Positions 36,720 through 50,821 of a DNA stretch of 64,000 nt are shown here, piece after piece. Source of the stretch: Lingula anatina (Eukaryota > Animalia > Brachiopoda); NCBI GenBank assembly GCA_051362555.1, contig CM120644.1, positions 12,360,567 through 12,424,566 on the forward strand. Direction: 5' to 3'. Positions within the stretch are counted from its first letter, which is position 1, and every line of letters starts with the position of its first letter. The translations under genes were made by a program, and so were the position numbers. The notes beneath the pieces were generated by a model that saw nothing but the letters and a program-made list of their open reading frames with translations, searched no databases and was not told where the DNA came from.

Positions 36720-39700
36720 TACAGAGACAACAGTTCGGTTAAGTCAAAATTAGTCAAAAGACAAAGGATTTACATGTATATACTAGTATATGTATGTTCC
36801 TGTCTTCCAGCAAAATTTCTACAAAAGATCTGCTTATACAACGTAGGTCCCACAAATGACCTTGTTCATAAAAAGGAGGAAATGTGCCAAGTGCCCTGTT
36901 ATGTACTTTACATAATATCATAACACATGATTACTTGCTTATTGCAATGGTACTAGTAGGTACTCCTCATATAGCTAGTAGCAATGCCTGTGAAAATAGT
37001 AAATATTCAAAATTTATAGGTCTATTTAAATCTCTGCCATGAAACAGAAGTAAACAAAGTAAAGATTTCTATTGACAAAATTCAAAATTTTTCAATGTGA
37101 CGTTTTCAGCATTATCTTTTCAAACCACTTTCAATCATTTTCTGGGCTCAGTTATGCAACCGGGTACTGGTATTGATCTCAATGAAAGTAGAACTCCACA
37201 CATAGTATATATATGTTTTTGACATCAATGGCATGTCAGCAGTACATATTGCACATAACAATGGGTGGAGATCTATACCACTTGCACCAGAATGATGTAA
37301 CTCTATGTGCATACTGACATACTTGTTTTCCACTTCAACCATACAGTAGAGCTAGTACAAATACATCAGATCTCTTTAAAGCCAGTTGCCAGCAGAATGA
37401 GTACTAGTACATAAAACCAGCATCAAATGTAAAACACGCGAGGTGTGGATACTGGTTTACATAATGGCAACAATCATGTAGGCAACTACTACATAATCAG
37501 AAAAAAATCCAATCATTCACAGCAAATCTGTGTTTATACGGGTGGGTTTTATACGGTTTAAAAGATCCCGATTATCATGCATTGACAACATATAGTGGCC
37601 TGACAAGAAAGGGTCTTTTTATGTTATAATTGCTATATTGTATATGGCCCACTGAGTGTTACCATGAACTATGGATGGAAATACATACAATATATAAACA
37701 TGCTGTGGCCTTTGAGAGGAAGACTGGGCATACATACAAATACCATCTTTCCAGTTCAGTGAATGAAATGCCAAGGATTTAACAAAGAGCACTGAGCCTT
37801 GGTCACGTCAGGGAATCATATCATACGATATAACTCCCAGCTGGTCACGTTTAACCATGTCTATCACAGGTTGAACAAAACAATACATGTAAGACCAAGA
37901 GCACCTGTTTACAAGTTGTACCAACTAGTATTGTAGTAGGTTGGCCCTTCTGACAATGCACTTGGACAATGTGACAATGTGTAATTAACAATTCATATCT
38001 TCATATAGTTCAGGCCAGGGTACAAGAAATAACCTGATTATAAATTGTCACTTAGAGGGAGTTCCAAGTCTCCTTACTAATCCAGGGTAATCAGCTAAGA
38101 GTCACCTTAAATGTGACAATTATCTCTACATGTAAACAAACAAGGTTCAATATATATCTTTGTCAGTCCATCTTGCAATCCTATTCAATACGAATCTATA
38201 CAGGGTTTACATGGATCAAACACTTAAATCTAAACTAACCCAAGAGTGGAAAATTCACCTTTTCCCATTGGCATTCCCTTATAATTGTTACTATTAGCCT
38301 TACCTTTCTAAGCCCAACTTGATGAGTAGAAAAATATGTACGCTTGCCAGTTTACTCAATGAAACAAATATCAGAATTATAAAATACCATTCAGGACAAG
38401 AGGCAGAGTTGCCCTCAGTGGATTAATAGCCAGCATAATAAGGTGTCACAACAATTGTGAATTAGAGTGGAATATATAACCTGATAACAAGACTTACATA
38501 ACAACCTTTTCATGCACGTGGACTGCCATGCTCTACAGCTGAACTTTCATGTCAGCTTTAAGTAATTCAGTAACAAAATGAATGGTGAAGTTTCTAATGG
38601 TCAAGGTGACATTTTGAAATATTGACTATGTTGGTAAACAATGGCAGTGGTTGTCTTGACTATACAACAGGCAATTCAGCTGTCATCTAACCACTCTCTT
38701 TCTCTGTCTCTCTCTCTCATACTCCCTATTTATTAACTATAGATATTTTTACAAACAGGAAATGAAAACATTAATAACACACCCACAATCTTAGTTTCAT
38801 CCAGTGTGCTTAGCAAATCAATAAAAGGTACATTCCCTACATAAAAGCTCATTCAGTGACTGGTATAACATCTTCTCTCTCATTGTTATAGTTCTAAAAA
38901 TATCTATTATCTGTTTTTATTTCATTATATTTACCAAGAGGAAAAAAGGGAAAACAAGCAATTTAGCAGTCAGGGAAGGACAGGATAAGCCTTAATTAAA
39001 GAAGCACTGCTCATAATGTTGTGTACAGAACCAATCAATATCTTAGCTAAGTATAGGCGAATAATAGTCTCTGTGTTGACTCTGGCAATTTTCTTTTGTA
39101 TGGGTATTGTTAACTGCAAATGCCAATAGCTCAGAATCATAGCAACCAGTTGGTGCAAATCTGATTTATAATCTGCAATTTTATATTTTCCAGAAATATT
39201 TAGATAATTTAATTAAATCCTCTAGCTACTAGTACATTGATTTGATCTTTAAACAATGTGGACCGGTTATCAGACTGATATTAATATTCTTCCCTTTTCA
39301 ACCAATTCCACTCTGCTTTATTTATCATATGCAACTGCATGCTCCTTCTATATTATATTAAAATTTGTTTTTCTTCATCCTTTTAAAATATCTTTTAATT
39401 TTTTTTCTCAAACATAAAAGTGGGTCAGCTCATTTCATCTATTGTACTGAGTTCTTTAATATACCACCGGGTATAAAATTACTTCTAAGGATACTGGTCT
39501 GAACACTATGATAAAATGGGAAAAGTTTGGGTCTAAAGAAAAATTCTGTAGGAGTGCTATTAATGCATGATTTTTCATGACAGATGCTACTAGTATAACA
39601 GAAGATGGCATGATATGGTATGATTTAAGAAAATTATATACATACTTTACTGGTCTTTTTATAGTAATTTTGATGAAATGATGAATTAAGTCAGTGTCTT

Positions 39701-40124
39701 ACCAATCAAATACTAATCTTCCCAGAATAAGGCCAACCGTAAAATATTAAAAATTCTCAATCCGCGTTCTTGAATATTTCAAATAACAAATCACTTGTTT
39801 GTCCTTCAGGTTAGCATTACCAACAAAAACCCACACAACACTCTCTTTTTATCTAAGCTTCGCCAGTAAGTAAAGAAGCACAGTTTTAAATAGCAAAATT
39901 ATTATAAAATTACTAGTATAAAGCAAGCAAGGTCCCTCCCACTACGCAACCAAGTTAGAAAATAACACACACCGCTTCAAATCCCTTACTAATGTGCACT
40001 CACCTTTCCAGAGTGGAGAAATTATTTATATACTTATCATAAATATCAAACATCCCTTTCCACAATCAAAATTTGTCTAAACATGGACAAAACACACCAT
40101 ACAGTTACTACTCCATATGCTTAC

Positions 40125-40300
40125 CGTGATATCCTGTCGGCGGTAACATGTCAATTTCGTGCCAAGGTCAAGGTCGATGGAATTGCGCTAGGTGAGACAA
40201 ACTTCGTTGGACTAGGAGGAGACAAACTAATACAATTGATAGATGAATTGTTAACAGATCCCTTTAGGAACAGAAAGGCCCAAGTCAGTGGTCATTAAAA
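40125..40300 (-). promoter_or_regulatory. Probable GPR155 non-coding first exon / promoter
   Basis: Strong donor ACG|gtaagc at 40125 (second donor AAG|gtgagt at about 40004) where CpG depletion ends; nuclear-receptor-like CCAAGGTCAAGGTCG nearby. Confidence 0.45.
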
Positions 40301-43265
40301 ACGTGCATTTTGACCCTAATAGTATAAGCCGCTTAACTTTATTTTAATAAAATTTATTTAAAAAATAATAAAATTATCCTTATAAGCCTATCTCTTTCTG
40401 TATCTTAGGGGCCTACTTAGTCGACGTTTTTGAGTTCATTTTGCAATTTTTCAAAACGAAAGATATTCTACCAAATCGGATAAAATCGATGAGAATAGAA
40501 AATATCAAAGAACAGAAAAACTCGATCTTCAACCAAGGACTATTATCAAAATGAATCAAGTCAAAGTTATTGCAGAAAATACAATGCGGTGTAGCGTGAC
40601 AGAGAGTCCCCTATGATAGAGAGTCCGCTTCCCATTCATTTGTACAGATAAGCCTCGCCCTAGATTTTGACTCACTTTGGTAAGGCTAACCCTAACCAGT
40701 ATAACTGAATGGAGGGCGGACTTTCTGTTAGACGGACCTTTAGTTTCGTTACACCGGTATAAAAACAACGTTCAGGCAACTGAGTAGGCCTAATCCTGGT
40801 CGAAGACAAGGGGAGTTCTTGTGGACTTTTTGTACTTTTATCATTTAAGTGACAAGAAAGAAAGAAAGGAAAGAAAGAAAGAAAAGAAAAGAAATATGGA
40901 ACATGTTGGTTACCGCACCGTACTGTTAAGCCTACCAGTGGATAATGGGTTTGGATAGAGGTGCATGCACTTTTCAATATGTCCGCGTCGGTGGCGCGTG
41001 GTGTCAGCGTGGTAATTCAAAGTTTTGATCATATCAACAACTATGGGCTAATCTGGAACTGAAGTAGACGAAATTTTGTGTCTGGACTTTTGGCACACCG
41101 GGACTTCAGTTATTGACCTACATGTAGGCTTCATTTTCTAACAAACCTTAACTGATACCTATTCTGATGAATAATGAATTGAAAAAAAAAGTTTTTGTTT
41201 CTTTCACAGCAAGATAAGCAAAAACAAATTAAACGCCCCGCATGCAACCACGCTTTCAGTTCATAATTTAAGTCCTAGCAATTACAATAACTTCTTTATC
41301 TGTTTTTATCAAAGGTATGATTTAAAAATTAACTAGAATTTGATTACGTCTTTGGAAATTTCTTTCATGGTTTTTGACGTATTGACTCAAATCATATTGT
41401 ACGCAGCATCGCAGACACAGCAAGTTTCCACTAAATACATTTATCAATTCAAACGGATGCTGTTACTGCCCGAGCAGTTTTGCCGTGGGTGACGTGCGAG
41501 TGAGTTGGTGACGTGTTCCTGCCTGTGGGACGTGTGCAAGAGGGCCAAAGGGGGGGGGGGTGTGTGTGTGTGTAAAGATGTCCCCAGCGTGCACGCTGTA
41601 AGTGAAACTTGACATTAAGTCTTCTTTCGTATGTATATATTTTATGCACATGTGGGACAATAAAAAAAAAAAAAAAAAAGGACGTAGTTATTCCGAACAC
41701 AAATTACTTTCCCATATATCTACGACATGGGCGGCAGACCCCGTATGAGAGATGTTTATTTTCAACAGAACGGCAGATACCGGTACATACAGTTGCATGT
41801 TTGACATTTTTCATTACAAGCCATGTTTGATTTCCGTACATGTAACAAAAAATTCCCATTAGAATTTTCCCAGTGAATGCTTTTGTAAGCAGAAACCACA
41901 TAATCTTTTAATATACATCTTGGTCTATAGACCCAATTTGAGAAACCACACTGGCGTAATTTCCTTTTTTAACCAAATAGAAAGCACGAAAAAAAAAAAA
42001 AAAAAAAAAAAATGAAACTTCTCAACTTTGCTCGATACCCTCCAATCTGAGTAATAGACGTTGTATAATAAAATCGATTCTCGGTATTTTTATCTTCTTT
42101 TAAGCAATGATTCACCAAATACACCGGCGTGGGCATCACTGTATAAAAACAATTTCGTGATACAATTTTCTAGGAGCTTAAGGAGATCAACACCTCCTTT
42201 AGACACGAAGAGCAAAGCTTAGCTGGGACCCGAACATGTCAATCTCTTAATCTCAGTCGTCTCACTTGGACTCAAAATGCACAGATATGACGACAAGTCA
42301 AAGTTAGCAAAGTCATCTATTTGTTCCAATGCGATAGGGGTTAGCTAAGCTTCCTTTCGCCAGGCGATAAAACGTTTCTGATAAGTCTACTAGGGCAATC
42401 GAGAAACGAAATCCATATCTAGATAGTGAGATTAAGAAGAAATAGATGGGTTGGGTAACGCCAAATCGAAATATCAAACACATGAAAAATGAGCTCTGCA
42501 CAATCATATGTCTTGTGTATCAGCCTACACACCCTTGAACCTGACCTAAACAGAACTGGTTCAGCTCCTTTTTATTCTTTCAACTTAAATAGAACAAAGG
42601 CTTATCGGTGGATGTGGAACCGCAGCTTGTGTTTGTTTCATGTAGCGAGAAAAGAGAAAGTTCCATTCATATATCAAGTTCAAAAATACATATGAGGATT
42701 TGTAAGGTTAAGACCCAATTTGCGGCCACGAAAAAAAAAAGCAAAATTTTTGATGACTTGCACGTATACACCTGATAAATGCTTCAACATCGGGTAGTGT
42801 CAAGCAGGTTAAGGAACGCACGACATTAAAATATCAACGGCACTTTTGGTTAACAGCAGTGATTAAATCAAAATCAATTTTAATTGAATCAATGCTGATT
42901 TTGATAAACAGTTCTATTTCGGTTAATGGGTCAAAGTTTGAGTCATTATCCGAAGTAAAACTGTTTATCAATATCAACTTCAAACGTTAACATCCGGAGA
43001 TGAACGTACAATCTAAATGCAAGTTCAGTTTTGGACGACCTATCTGCTTGTTTCCTATAGTTTTTAGATACGACAGTCTCAATCTTAATGCTTAAAAAAG
43101 CAAGAAAAGAGAAAGAAACTTGCGTGTTTCAACAAGATATCTAAGCAAAGCAGAAGAAAGTATCTCCTTATCTTGGTGAACTTTGCATACAGTGTTCAGA
43201 CGTTTAGGACTTAATTTCCGGCGAATATAACACCAACTTGCAATATGGCGCGATTTAACCAACCG

Positions 43266-43423
43266 GCTGCGATTAATCTGAGTAGCATTACGTGCGATTG
43301 TGTAAAAGGGAAGATCTTCATTGGCACCTGATTGAGTTCTTAAGGCAAAAATACCACATATCGGTTTTCGGTATCCGTGTTTCGTCACGCAATCGGCCTA
43401 CTGTCTGCAAATTAAATCGCTGC
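43266..43423. repeat. Old imperfect inverted repeat (MITE remnant)
   Basis: gctgcgattaatctg..agtag..attacgtgcga versus the reverse complement of tcgtcacgcaatcggcctact..aattaaatcgctgc. Confidence 0.35.
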
Positions 43424-44504
43424 TCCATTTTTCAGAGGGTTCCAGAGCTTTTAAAAAATGGCAATCTTTTTGCTGGAGGTTTAAATAACCGGCAGGTGTT
43501 TACAATGGGGAAATTAGAATGGAATTATGCTCTTGCATTGTGACCAAAGTGTGAACACTGGGGGATACACAATATTAAGAAATGCAGACAATATATTTTT
43601 TCTTGTTCTAACTGTAAATTTATGAGGTTTCCTTCTCTGATTTGCCAAAGCCAATTTGATGATCACATGGGGACGATTTAGTTTCAAGCTGGTCTGTCGT
43701 TGAGCATGGTACGAAACACACTGGGGAAACTTTATTACAGACTTTATTCGCCCCGGACTCTGAAATCCCGTAATAAAAAGCAAAATGGAATACAACACTT
43801 ACTTGCCTCCCTCTAAAAACAATCAAATAAATAAACAAATAAATAAATAAATTAGGTTGTTATTTTCATGTTCTGATGAAGAGAGTTACTTCGAAATCAA
43901 GAAAATGTAAAAGATTGCAAATTATGGGTTAAACTATCGTTTTACGGATTTTTTTCATGATTTTCATTTCGAGTTGACTTATTAGTATATGTATCCGACA
44001 TACATCCCATATATAAACCAAGAATGTCTCAATTTACTTGCAAATGCTCTACGACTTGGTTACTGTGAGAATTTTCAACAAGAATTATAAGAAAACTAAA
44101 ACTCTGAAAATATATTATCACGTATCATTTATTATTTGTACATAGTACATGTAACAATATTTTTTGTATTACTCCAAAGCAGTACAAAAGCTTTAATATT
44201 AGCACCTTGTTCTCGTCTAAAAATTTCTAACTTTCACGTGCATCTTAACTAGAACTATGTATGCTTAAATTCCCGCCAGACTTCTTGATTTAAGATGGGA
44301 ACAGGCAGTAGTTTAACAAAAAAAAGGCTTTTATGACGAAGTTAACAACCATAAAGTGTAAAATAATGACGAACTTACGTGACGAAGATGCGTTTCGAAG
44401 ACAAGAGCACTGATAGAAATAATTATGTCAATCAATTGTTGTGCATCCACTTCTTCCACGCTCACTTAGTGTGCAGAATTCCATATACTGTATTTGTTCT
44501 TGTA

Positions 44505-44774
44505 CAGGACCGTAGGGTAGGAAAATACCATGGTAGGGGGGATTTACTGAAAGCCTACAATACATGCAAACAAGTTTTTTGTGCAAAATGTACCGCCTTT
44601 GTACACGTTAGGACGGTGACTGAAAGCAAAATAACTTCAGTTGGACTTGGTGAAAGGAGAAGGGAAACACTTTTTAAAGACACCCCAAAGATATATTTAA
44701 TTTTTTTTCTGTGAGAGTAATTACTCCCCTTGGCTGTCCCAGCCTCCCCCTCCCCCTGGCAGCCTACGGCCCTG
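44505..44774. mobile_element. hAT-like non-autonomous element (CAGG termini)
   Basis: caggaccgtagg ... cctacggccctg TIR with G-rich/C-rich subtermini; no clear TSD. Confidence 0.55.
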
Positions 44775-46283
44775 TTGTGAATGTATGGTTATACAGACTG
44801 CAGTATCACTGTACTTCAAAATTAAAGTCACGGGGGCTACATGTATATATATTGGTTTTGATTGCACTTGCGCCATATATATTTTCAAATGCCATCTTCA
44901 CCAGCGGCAGTCGTTCCAAATCCGGTACCCATAAACGAGAAATGAGTCTTTCAGATTGAAAAAAAAAAAAAAACATTTGCTGGCGCTTATCATCCCCCCT
45001 CTGGTCATCATATGCAATCTCCAGTGTCGCTGCTTTTTTTGTCAAACCTAAGCAAATTAAAATGTCCTTAAATGGTCTGTTAACTCATATGTAGCTTAAC
45101 AAATCACAATCAATCAACTTTTTTTCATAAAAATACTCAATGGCATTACACAAATGCCTGCTGATGGCCATTTCGGTACCTCAAAGACATTGTCTTTTAA
45201 ACAGTGTTAATAGCTTAATTAAATGCCTTGTCAACATGCACGCATTAACGGAATTTCATTGGCTGACTGTAACACGACAAAGTTTTTTTCATAATTCCAA
45301 ATAAAGAGTTAATTTACATTATTTCTCGTCGCATTCATTATGCTTTTAAACAATATACTGATCGGTTTTTGACCATGTCATCAGACGACACAATTATTAT
45401 AACAAGTTTGCAATCGTATGAATCTGCTCCAGGACGGGCGGGGGGGATAAAACAGAAAATAGTAGTCAAGGAAAATTGAACAGTAATGTGTAGGATAAAG
45501 TGAAGGCAAATTGTTTGAGGTTAATGAAGGCAAAATTGTTTGGGGTTAATCTTGTTTCGCGTGTTTTGCTGTTTTTTCTGGGAAGAAGAAGGGAGAACCT
45601 TATAAATAGGCGGAGGTGGTGGGGAAGGGTGAGGCGTTCCCATAGGCCCCAAAAGGACACGTCAATGCAATTAGTCGTCTGGTGACGCGTTCCATCATCA
45701 ATTTTGTCTGTGTTGTAGATTAATCATTTCAGTATAAAAGGGAACGGTATTACACCGCAATTAGGACGCCCACACAGTTATATTGTTATACATTACAGTT
45801 CAAAATCGACTCTCACCACACACTGCAATTTCGGAACGTGTCATCAAAATTTCGTTAACATCAATATGCTTAATCCCAACTCCATTTCAGAACTTATCCT
45901 ATCTCTGATTCAATAAAATGATAACCATCTATGTTAACATTGGTGTATTAATTATTAATACCTCAATCAATATCGTATTCGTTTCAACATGAAATGGGAC
46001 CTAAATATCTATTGTCTAACGTCTTAATAACAATATGATAACAGATGTATACAATGGGGATATGTTCTATATAATATGAAATTTATGAATGTAAATACTC
46101 AGAACTAGAAACTCTCATAGCGCTCATAAGTGGTAGTGCGTACAGTGTCTGGCACACACTTTAGTATCCCAACGCGCACATCTCGATGTTGAAATGGCGT
46201 CATCACGTTGACAAATGCCCAAATGGAAACTCTTTGTCATAGCACCATTGCTTTTAACTGTCCTACTGTTTTAATTGTATTAC

Positions 46284-47792
46284 TTAGTGTATAGCCGATA
46301 TTTCGGCTCGAAGACTATTACTAAACCGTACGTTTGAGGCCTTAGTGGAGTCTCCACAGTTTATATTACTAACTTCTAGCCGACACCCTGCGTAACTTCT
46401 CTCCATTCGACAGCTTGGCGGACCCAGGTATCTATTGCTCGGGAGAGAGGAGAGCCTGCGCGATCTCTTTCTGTCTGATATGTACGTAGTTTCGTAGGCT
46501 TTCATTTTGTTCGAGATGTTGCATTCTGTTAGTTGTTTGAAGGCGTTACGGAATTCTTTATTCCAGACCGCGTATATTATAGGATTGCAAAGCGAATTGA
46601 AGTACCCTAACCACAAGACCACGCTGCGAAGTGTGTAAGGTACATGGCATTCTTTGCAAAATGGCGTTATTGTTGCCACTAGAAAAAACGGGAGCCAACA
46701 GATTTCAAAACAACCTATGATAACTCCCAACATGATGGTCGACCTGCGTAGCCGCTCTGGTCTTTCCCGGTACCGACTTCCGGTGCTAGAACTCGAACTT
46801 TTGGTGCGCGTGACTTTGCAGGGGCTACATGCCACGCAGGGGGCGGGGTCGACAACTATGGCTAGTGCAGGTTCGATTTCGGCGGGGTCCCCATCGGGGT
46901 TGGAACGCAGGCTATCTCCAACCAGCCCTCCTGTCGACCGGCCGCTTGTTTTTGCTCTTTTCTTAAGTCGCTGAATGGCGAATTTATAAATTCTCACGTA
47001 GATAACAATAATGGCAATGCCAGGAATATAGAACGCCCCAAACGTTGAAAATATCGTGTACGAATAGTCCTGGCTGATCATACAAACCGTGGGGTTACTT
47101 TTCTCGAAACCGACTACCCATCCGAGAAGAGGGGCGGTAGAAATGACCGCCGCCATCACCCAGGCTATCACCACCATTATGATACAAATCTGCGTGCGGG
47201 AGAAAAGCCGACCGTTGGTGTAATGCGTATCTTTAGTTATCTTCCAGTATCTGTCCAGGCCTATGATACACACGTTCCACATGCTAGCCGTGCATAGGAA
47301 GATATCAAACGTTATCCACATATCACAAACTGTTTGCCCCAGGGACCATGTCTTTGTGATTTCCCGAAACAAGCTGATGGGCATGACCAGAACCGCCACT
47401 AGGAAGTCCGCAGTGGCCAACGAGGCGATTAACCCATGGGCCGGCGTCCGCATCTTTCGTATTAGGAGGACGGAGAGAAGGACTAAAGCGTTTCCAATAA
47501 GAGTGACTAAGATCATAGACGATAGAACTATGATTAGAAAAACGTCGGCCGCTCCCATGGTTTTGTCCTCCACCTGGTCACAGAGGCCGTGGTCATGCAA
47601 CGACCCCGTGCAGTTGTCCTGCAACTGACCATTGTCGAAGTAGTCCACTTTCTCCATCCTGGTCAGATGGCCACTTACGCCATAAGAATGACTCGCGGAC
47701 GAGTTGCTGAACATTTGAAAAGGGGATGGAACGGTGTTGTTAGCGATGACGGAATCGCTGAGAAATTCCGAAAATGAAGGCGACGTGTCCAT
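46284..47792 (-). CDS. Class A aminergic GPCR, 5-hydroxytryptamine receptor (5-HT1/5-HT7)-like, intronless CDS, 502 aa
   Basis: Seven TM segments; GN (TM1), LATAD (TM2), D3.32 in WITFDIFLCTAS, DRY, CMISQDYSYTIFSTFGAFYIP (S5.42/T5.43/A5.46), CWLPFF, WLGYFNSLCNPIIY. Confidence 0.93.
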   Translation of the reverse strand: MDTSPSFSEFLSDSVIANNTVPSPFQMFSNSSASHSYGVSGHLTRMEKVDYFDNGQLQDNCTGSLHDHGLCDQVEDKTMGAADVFLIIVLSSMILVTLIGNALVLLSVLLIRKMRTPAHGLIASLATADFLVAVLVMPISLFREITKTWSLGQTVCDMWITFDIFLCTASMWNVCIIGLDRYWKITKDTHYTNGRLFSRTQICIIMVVIAWVMAAVISTAPLLGWVVGFEKSNPTVCMISQDYSYTIFSTFGAFYIPGIAIIVIYVRIYKFAIQRLKKRAKTSGRSTGGLVGDSLRSNPDGDPAEIEPALAIVVDPAPCVACSPCKVTRTKSSSSSTGSRYRERPERLRRSTIMLGVIIGCFEICWLPFFLVATITPFCKECHVPYTLRSVVLWLGYFNSLCNPIIYAVWNKEFRNAFKQLTECNISNKMKAYETTYISDRKRSRRLSSLPSNRYLGPPSCRMERSYAGCRLEVSNINCGDSTKASNVRFSNSLRAEISAIH

Positions 47793-50385
47793 TGTGTTCT
47801 GGCTGGTGATGCTTCCCAGAATCTATTTATCCGTCCTTTGTTGTAGAGTGGACCAAAACCGTTCAAGCTTCTTCAGTTTTTGTACCAGTGATGCACCATA
47901 CAGTAACCCGTGGTGTGACAAGCAGTGGCGTGATTTTACGTAATATGGGTAACCTAAGTAAGATAATGTATGTATCGACTCCCACTGAAGGCAATATGTT
48001 CAACGGGTTATACCCAAGAGACAAACTAGTTATAATCTAGCTCACAAGCCTGCAATGAAACCTTGGTTTTCAATCCCGCGAGATTTCTTGCGTTTGGTTC
48101 CAACCCGTACGATGAGAGATGAGAAAGAATCGCAAACTACGTAGAGCTGTTCACACAAATGCCAAACGCTGAATTCGAAGCGATTTTAGAATCCGAGAAA
48201 GAATTTTTTAATTCGCTGAGTCAAGTCACCAAGAGCGTAAATGTTCCCACTCCTTGGGCTGCCAGTTAACGACTGACATATCCAGTGACGGATATGATTG
48301 AATGCATTTGGTATTAAAATCGTGTCCCCCGCTTGCGTATCACTAATCATTTAACGTCCTGTGGGGGAACGCAGCAAGTGAAGACTAGGCGTTGTTTTAG
48401 GCGAGTTTAGGACTTAATTTCACCTCGCTGCGAGGAATAATTATGATGAATGTTGGAGGTGGCTGTACAGCCGCAGGGATATGTGCAATTGAAATACGAT
48501 TAACTGGACGTTTTCAGGCTAGTCTCTTGTTTTGTATTGGATAGGTTACCTGCTGTATCTGGTTTTTGTTTTTCAGCTACAGGGATCCATCGAAATCCAC
48601 ATCATACATTACCTTTGCACCTTCCATCATTTTTTCTCTTTCTTAAAATGCTAATTTGATGTTATTCTCTGAATCATTAGCATATATATCCAGTTGTTTT
48701 CTTACCATGAAGGCATACTTATTGCTGTAACGCAAGGTTTCAGTCCTTCGCCTGCTTGAAGTAACAAAAGCACAAAACAAGACGAAGTGAAAGAGCTGGT
48801 AGTTCACAGTTTCATTCATCTATGTTACCTGTCACCAACGGCTTACAGGTAAACACATCACCTTTCATCGAAGTGACAGTTCTGCATTGATTCGATGAAT
48901 AAAACTCGTTGGAAATTGCCTGATGTTTCTTTTTATGTCACCAGAAACGAGGCAGCCCTGCAGCGCGTTTTATTACTGCTTAGACCACATTTAGTCACGT
49001 TATATTAAAACAAAATGGCAGCGCTTCTTTTTGTTTACTGTGGTGGAAGCAGCGGCTACCGGTGACCAATGATAGCATGAGGGGTGTCATGCAAGCTGTG
49101 AAAAGTCAACTTATATTGTCATTGGCTTCGAAATCCGTAGTTATTGTTCAAAGTACAATTTTTTGCACACATATGTCCCATAGTCAGTTCAAATTGTTTT
49201 CTTTTCTTCTCTAAGTGTTGTACTTGTCTTTCGTGTTACAGGAAATCATTAGCGATTTAATAATTTAAACAGGCAATGGCAAATTAATTTTGCCGGTTGC
49301 CTTTTCTCCTTGTAGTAAACTGTAAACACTCCCATTGCGGGTGCCTTAATAGTTCCGTGGACATAAACTACCTTTGGTTGGCATTCTCTTTTCAATAATA
49401 ACACGTTAAGCGTTGTTGGCTATAATTCTTCAACAATACCCAAGGGATGGCAATAGAAATGTGTGGTCTGTATCTGTTTACAGTCCTCGACCTTGTTTTG
49501 ACGAAGATCTGCGGTTTGCTTCTGTTTGACTGCTTTTTTTGCAAACTGCAACAATTACCATCGTCAGGTTCTCACACGTGGTTCTTTTTCACGTGAATCT
49601 CAGTAACGTTATTGCATATTACGATCACTTTGGTTCTATTTGAAGTCCGTAGCCAACCACCTTAAGATCCGTCTGTCATTCGTTTCCGCTTGTCAACGTT
49701 GAAACCGTTCATCTAAATTGGATCACATTCAGCGGTTTACTTTTCATCTATTTGAAATCGGGGAAAAACTGTTTTTGAGGGCAACATTGAATGAGTCTTT
49801 GTCTCATTCCTCTTTTAGCGCGTCACATTAAATACCTGCAACATTAGAAATCGAAGCCGTCTTTATTCTGTTCTTTATTCATGTAGCTTGTGCCTGTTGT
49901 GTGACTCTTAGCCTCTGAAATCAAAGCGCACGTGAATACAGATGACAACGTCGCCCATGTCGTTTACAGCGTCTCCGAAGCTAGACCATCATAGACAAAG
50001 ACACTAGACAAATACACATTTGCCTATATAGTCTCATATGAGATTTATTGTCCTTGCAAAAAGCTGAAGTATGTGTGTTGTCTTGCTACCGTGTCTCCAC
50101 ACCGCCTAACCTTTCTAAAATAGAATGTCAATATTTTCAAGGATTCTCGCGGAGAAAAGGGGATTTGAATCACGTCTCTGAAGGTCTCGGTTAATCCAGA
50201 GTTAATAGTTTCAGAATCTGGCTGTCATCTCGTGCCGTCCACGTGAGGGAAGCCAATTACACTTCACTCTGGAAGCAAATGGAAACGCATGATTAGTAAA
50301 TGTGCTGTTGTATTAAACTTTGGCTGCAATTTATCACTTAGATATAGCAAAATGAAATGGAGGAAAAATCAGTCCAATGTGTATA

Positions 50386-50644
50386 GGGCTGATTCCCATT
50401 GAAACTATCGGTTTACGTAGATCGATTCAACTCCGCAAGGACTCTCGCTGAATGCAATCAGATTAACAGATTAACACGCCTCCTCCTGGCGTTGAGAAGA
50501 ATACAGAAACGCTGGTGATTAATACACGACTACTTTGGAAAGAAGAGGAGGCGTGTTAATCTGTAGAACCGATGGCATTCAGCAAAAGTCCCCGCAGAGT
50601 TGGATTAATGTATGAAGACCGACAGTTTAAATGGGAATGAGTCC
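50386..50644. mobile_element. Harbinger-like MITE, family A
   Basis: gggctgattcccatt..aatgggaatgagtcc termini; internal palindrome attaacacgcctcctc/gaggaggcgtgttaat. Confidence 0.8.
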
Positions 50645-50768
50645 ACTGACAAACAAGGGCGAGACAATGTCAAAAATTGAAAATGATAATTATGCAGTAT
50701 TGATAGGGTAATCCTTTCCTTCCCTTGGTGGCAGGTTGCCTCGAACATTGGCAAGTACCAAGGGAACA

Positions 50769-50819
<51 letters not shown>

Positions 50820-50821
50820 AT
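50769..50821. repeat. (TAAA)n microsatellite
   Basis: Seen directly. Confidence 0.9.

Noticed and set aside
40590-40758. Telomere-like aaccctaacc with a gttacaccgg end (possible Helentron-type element)
   Set aside because: Only one or two hexamer units and no second terminus identified; too weak to call.
40981-41020. tRNA or SINE head (A-box-like ggtggcgcgtgg)
   Set aside because: No B-box or cloverleaf could be found.
46654-47943. Plus-strand and overlapping ORFs across the GPCR
   Set aside because: Antisense or alternative-frame shadows with non-ATG starts and no recognisable motifs.
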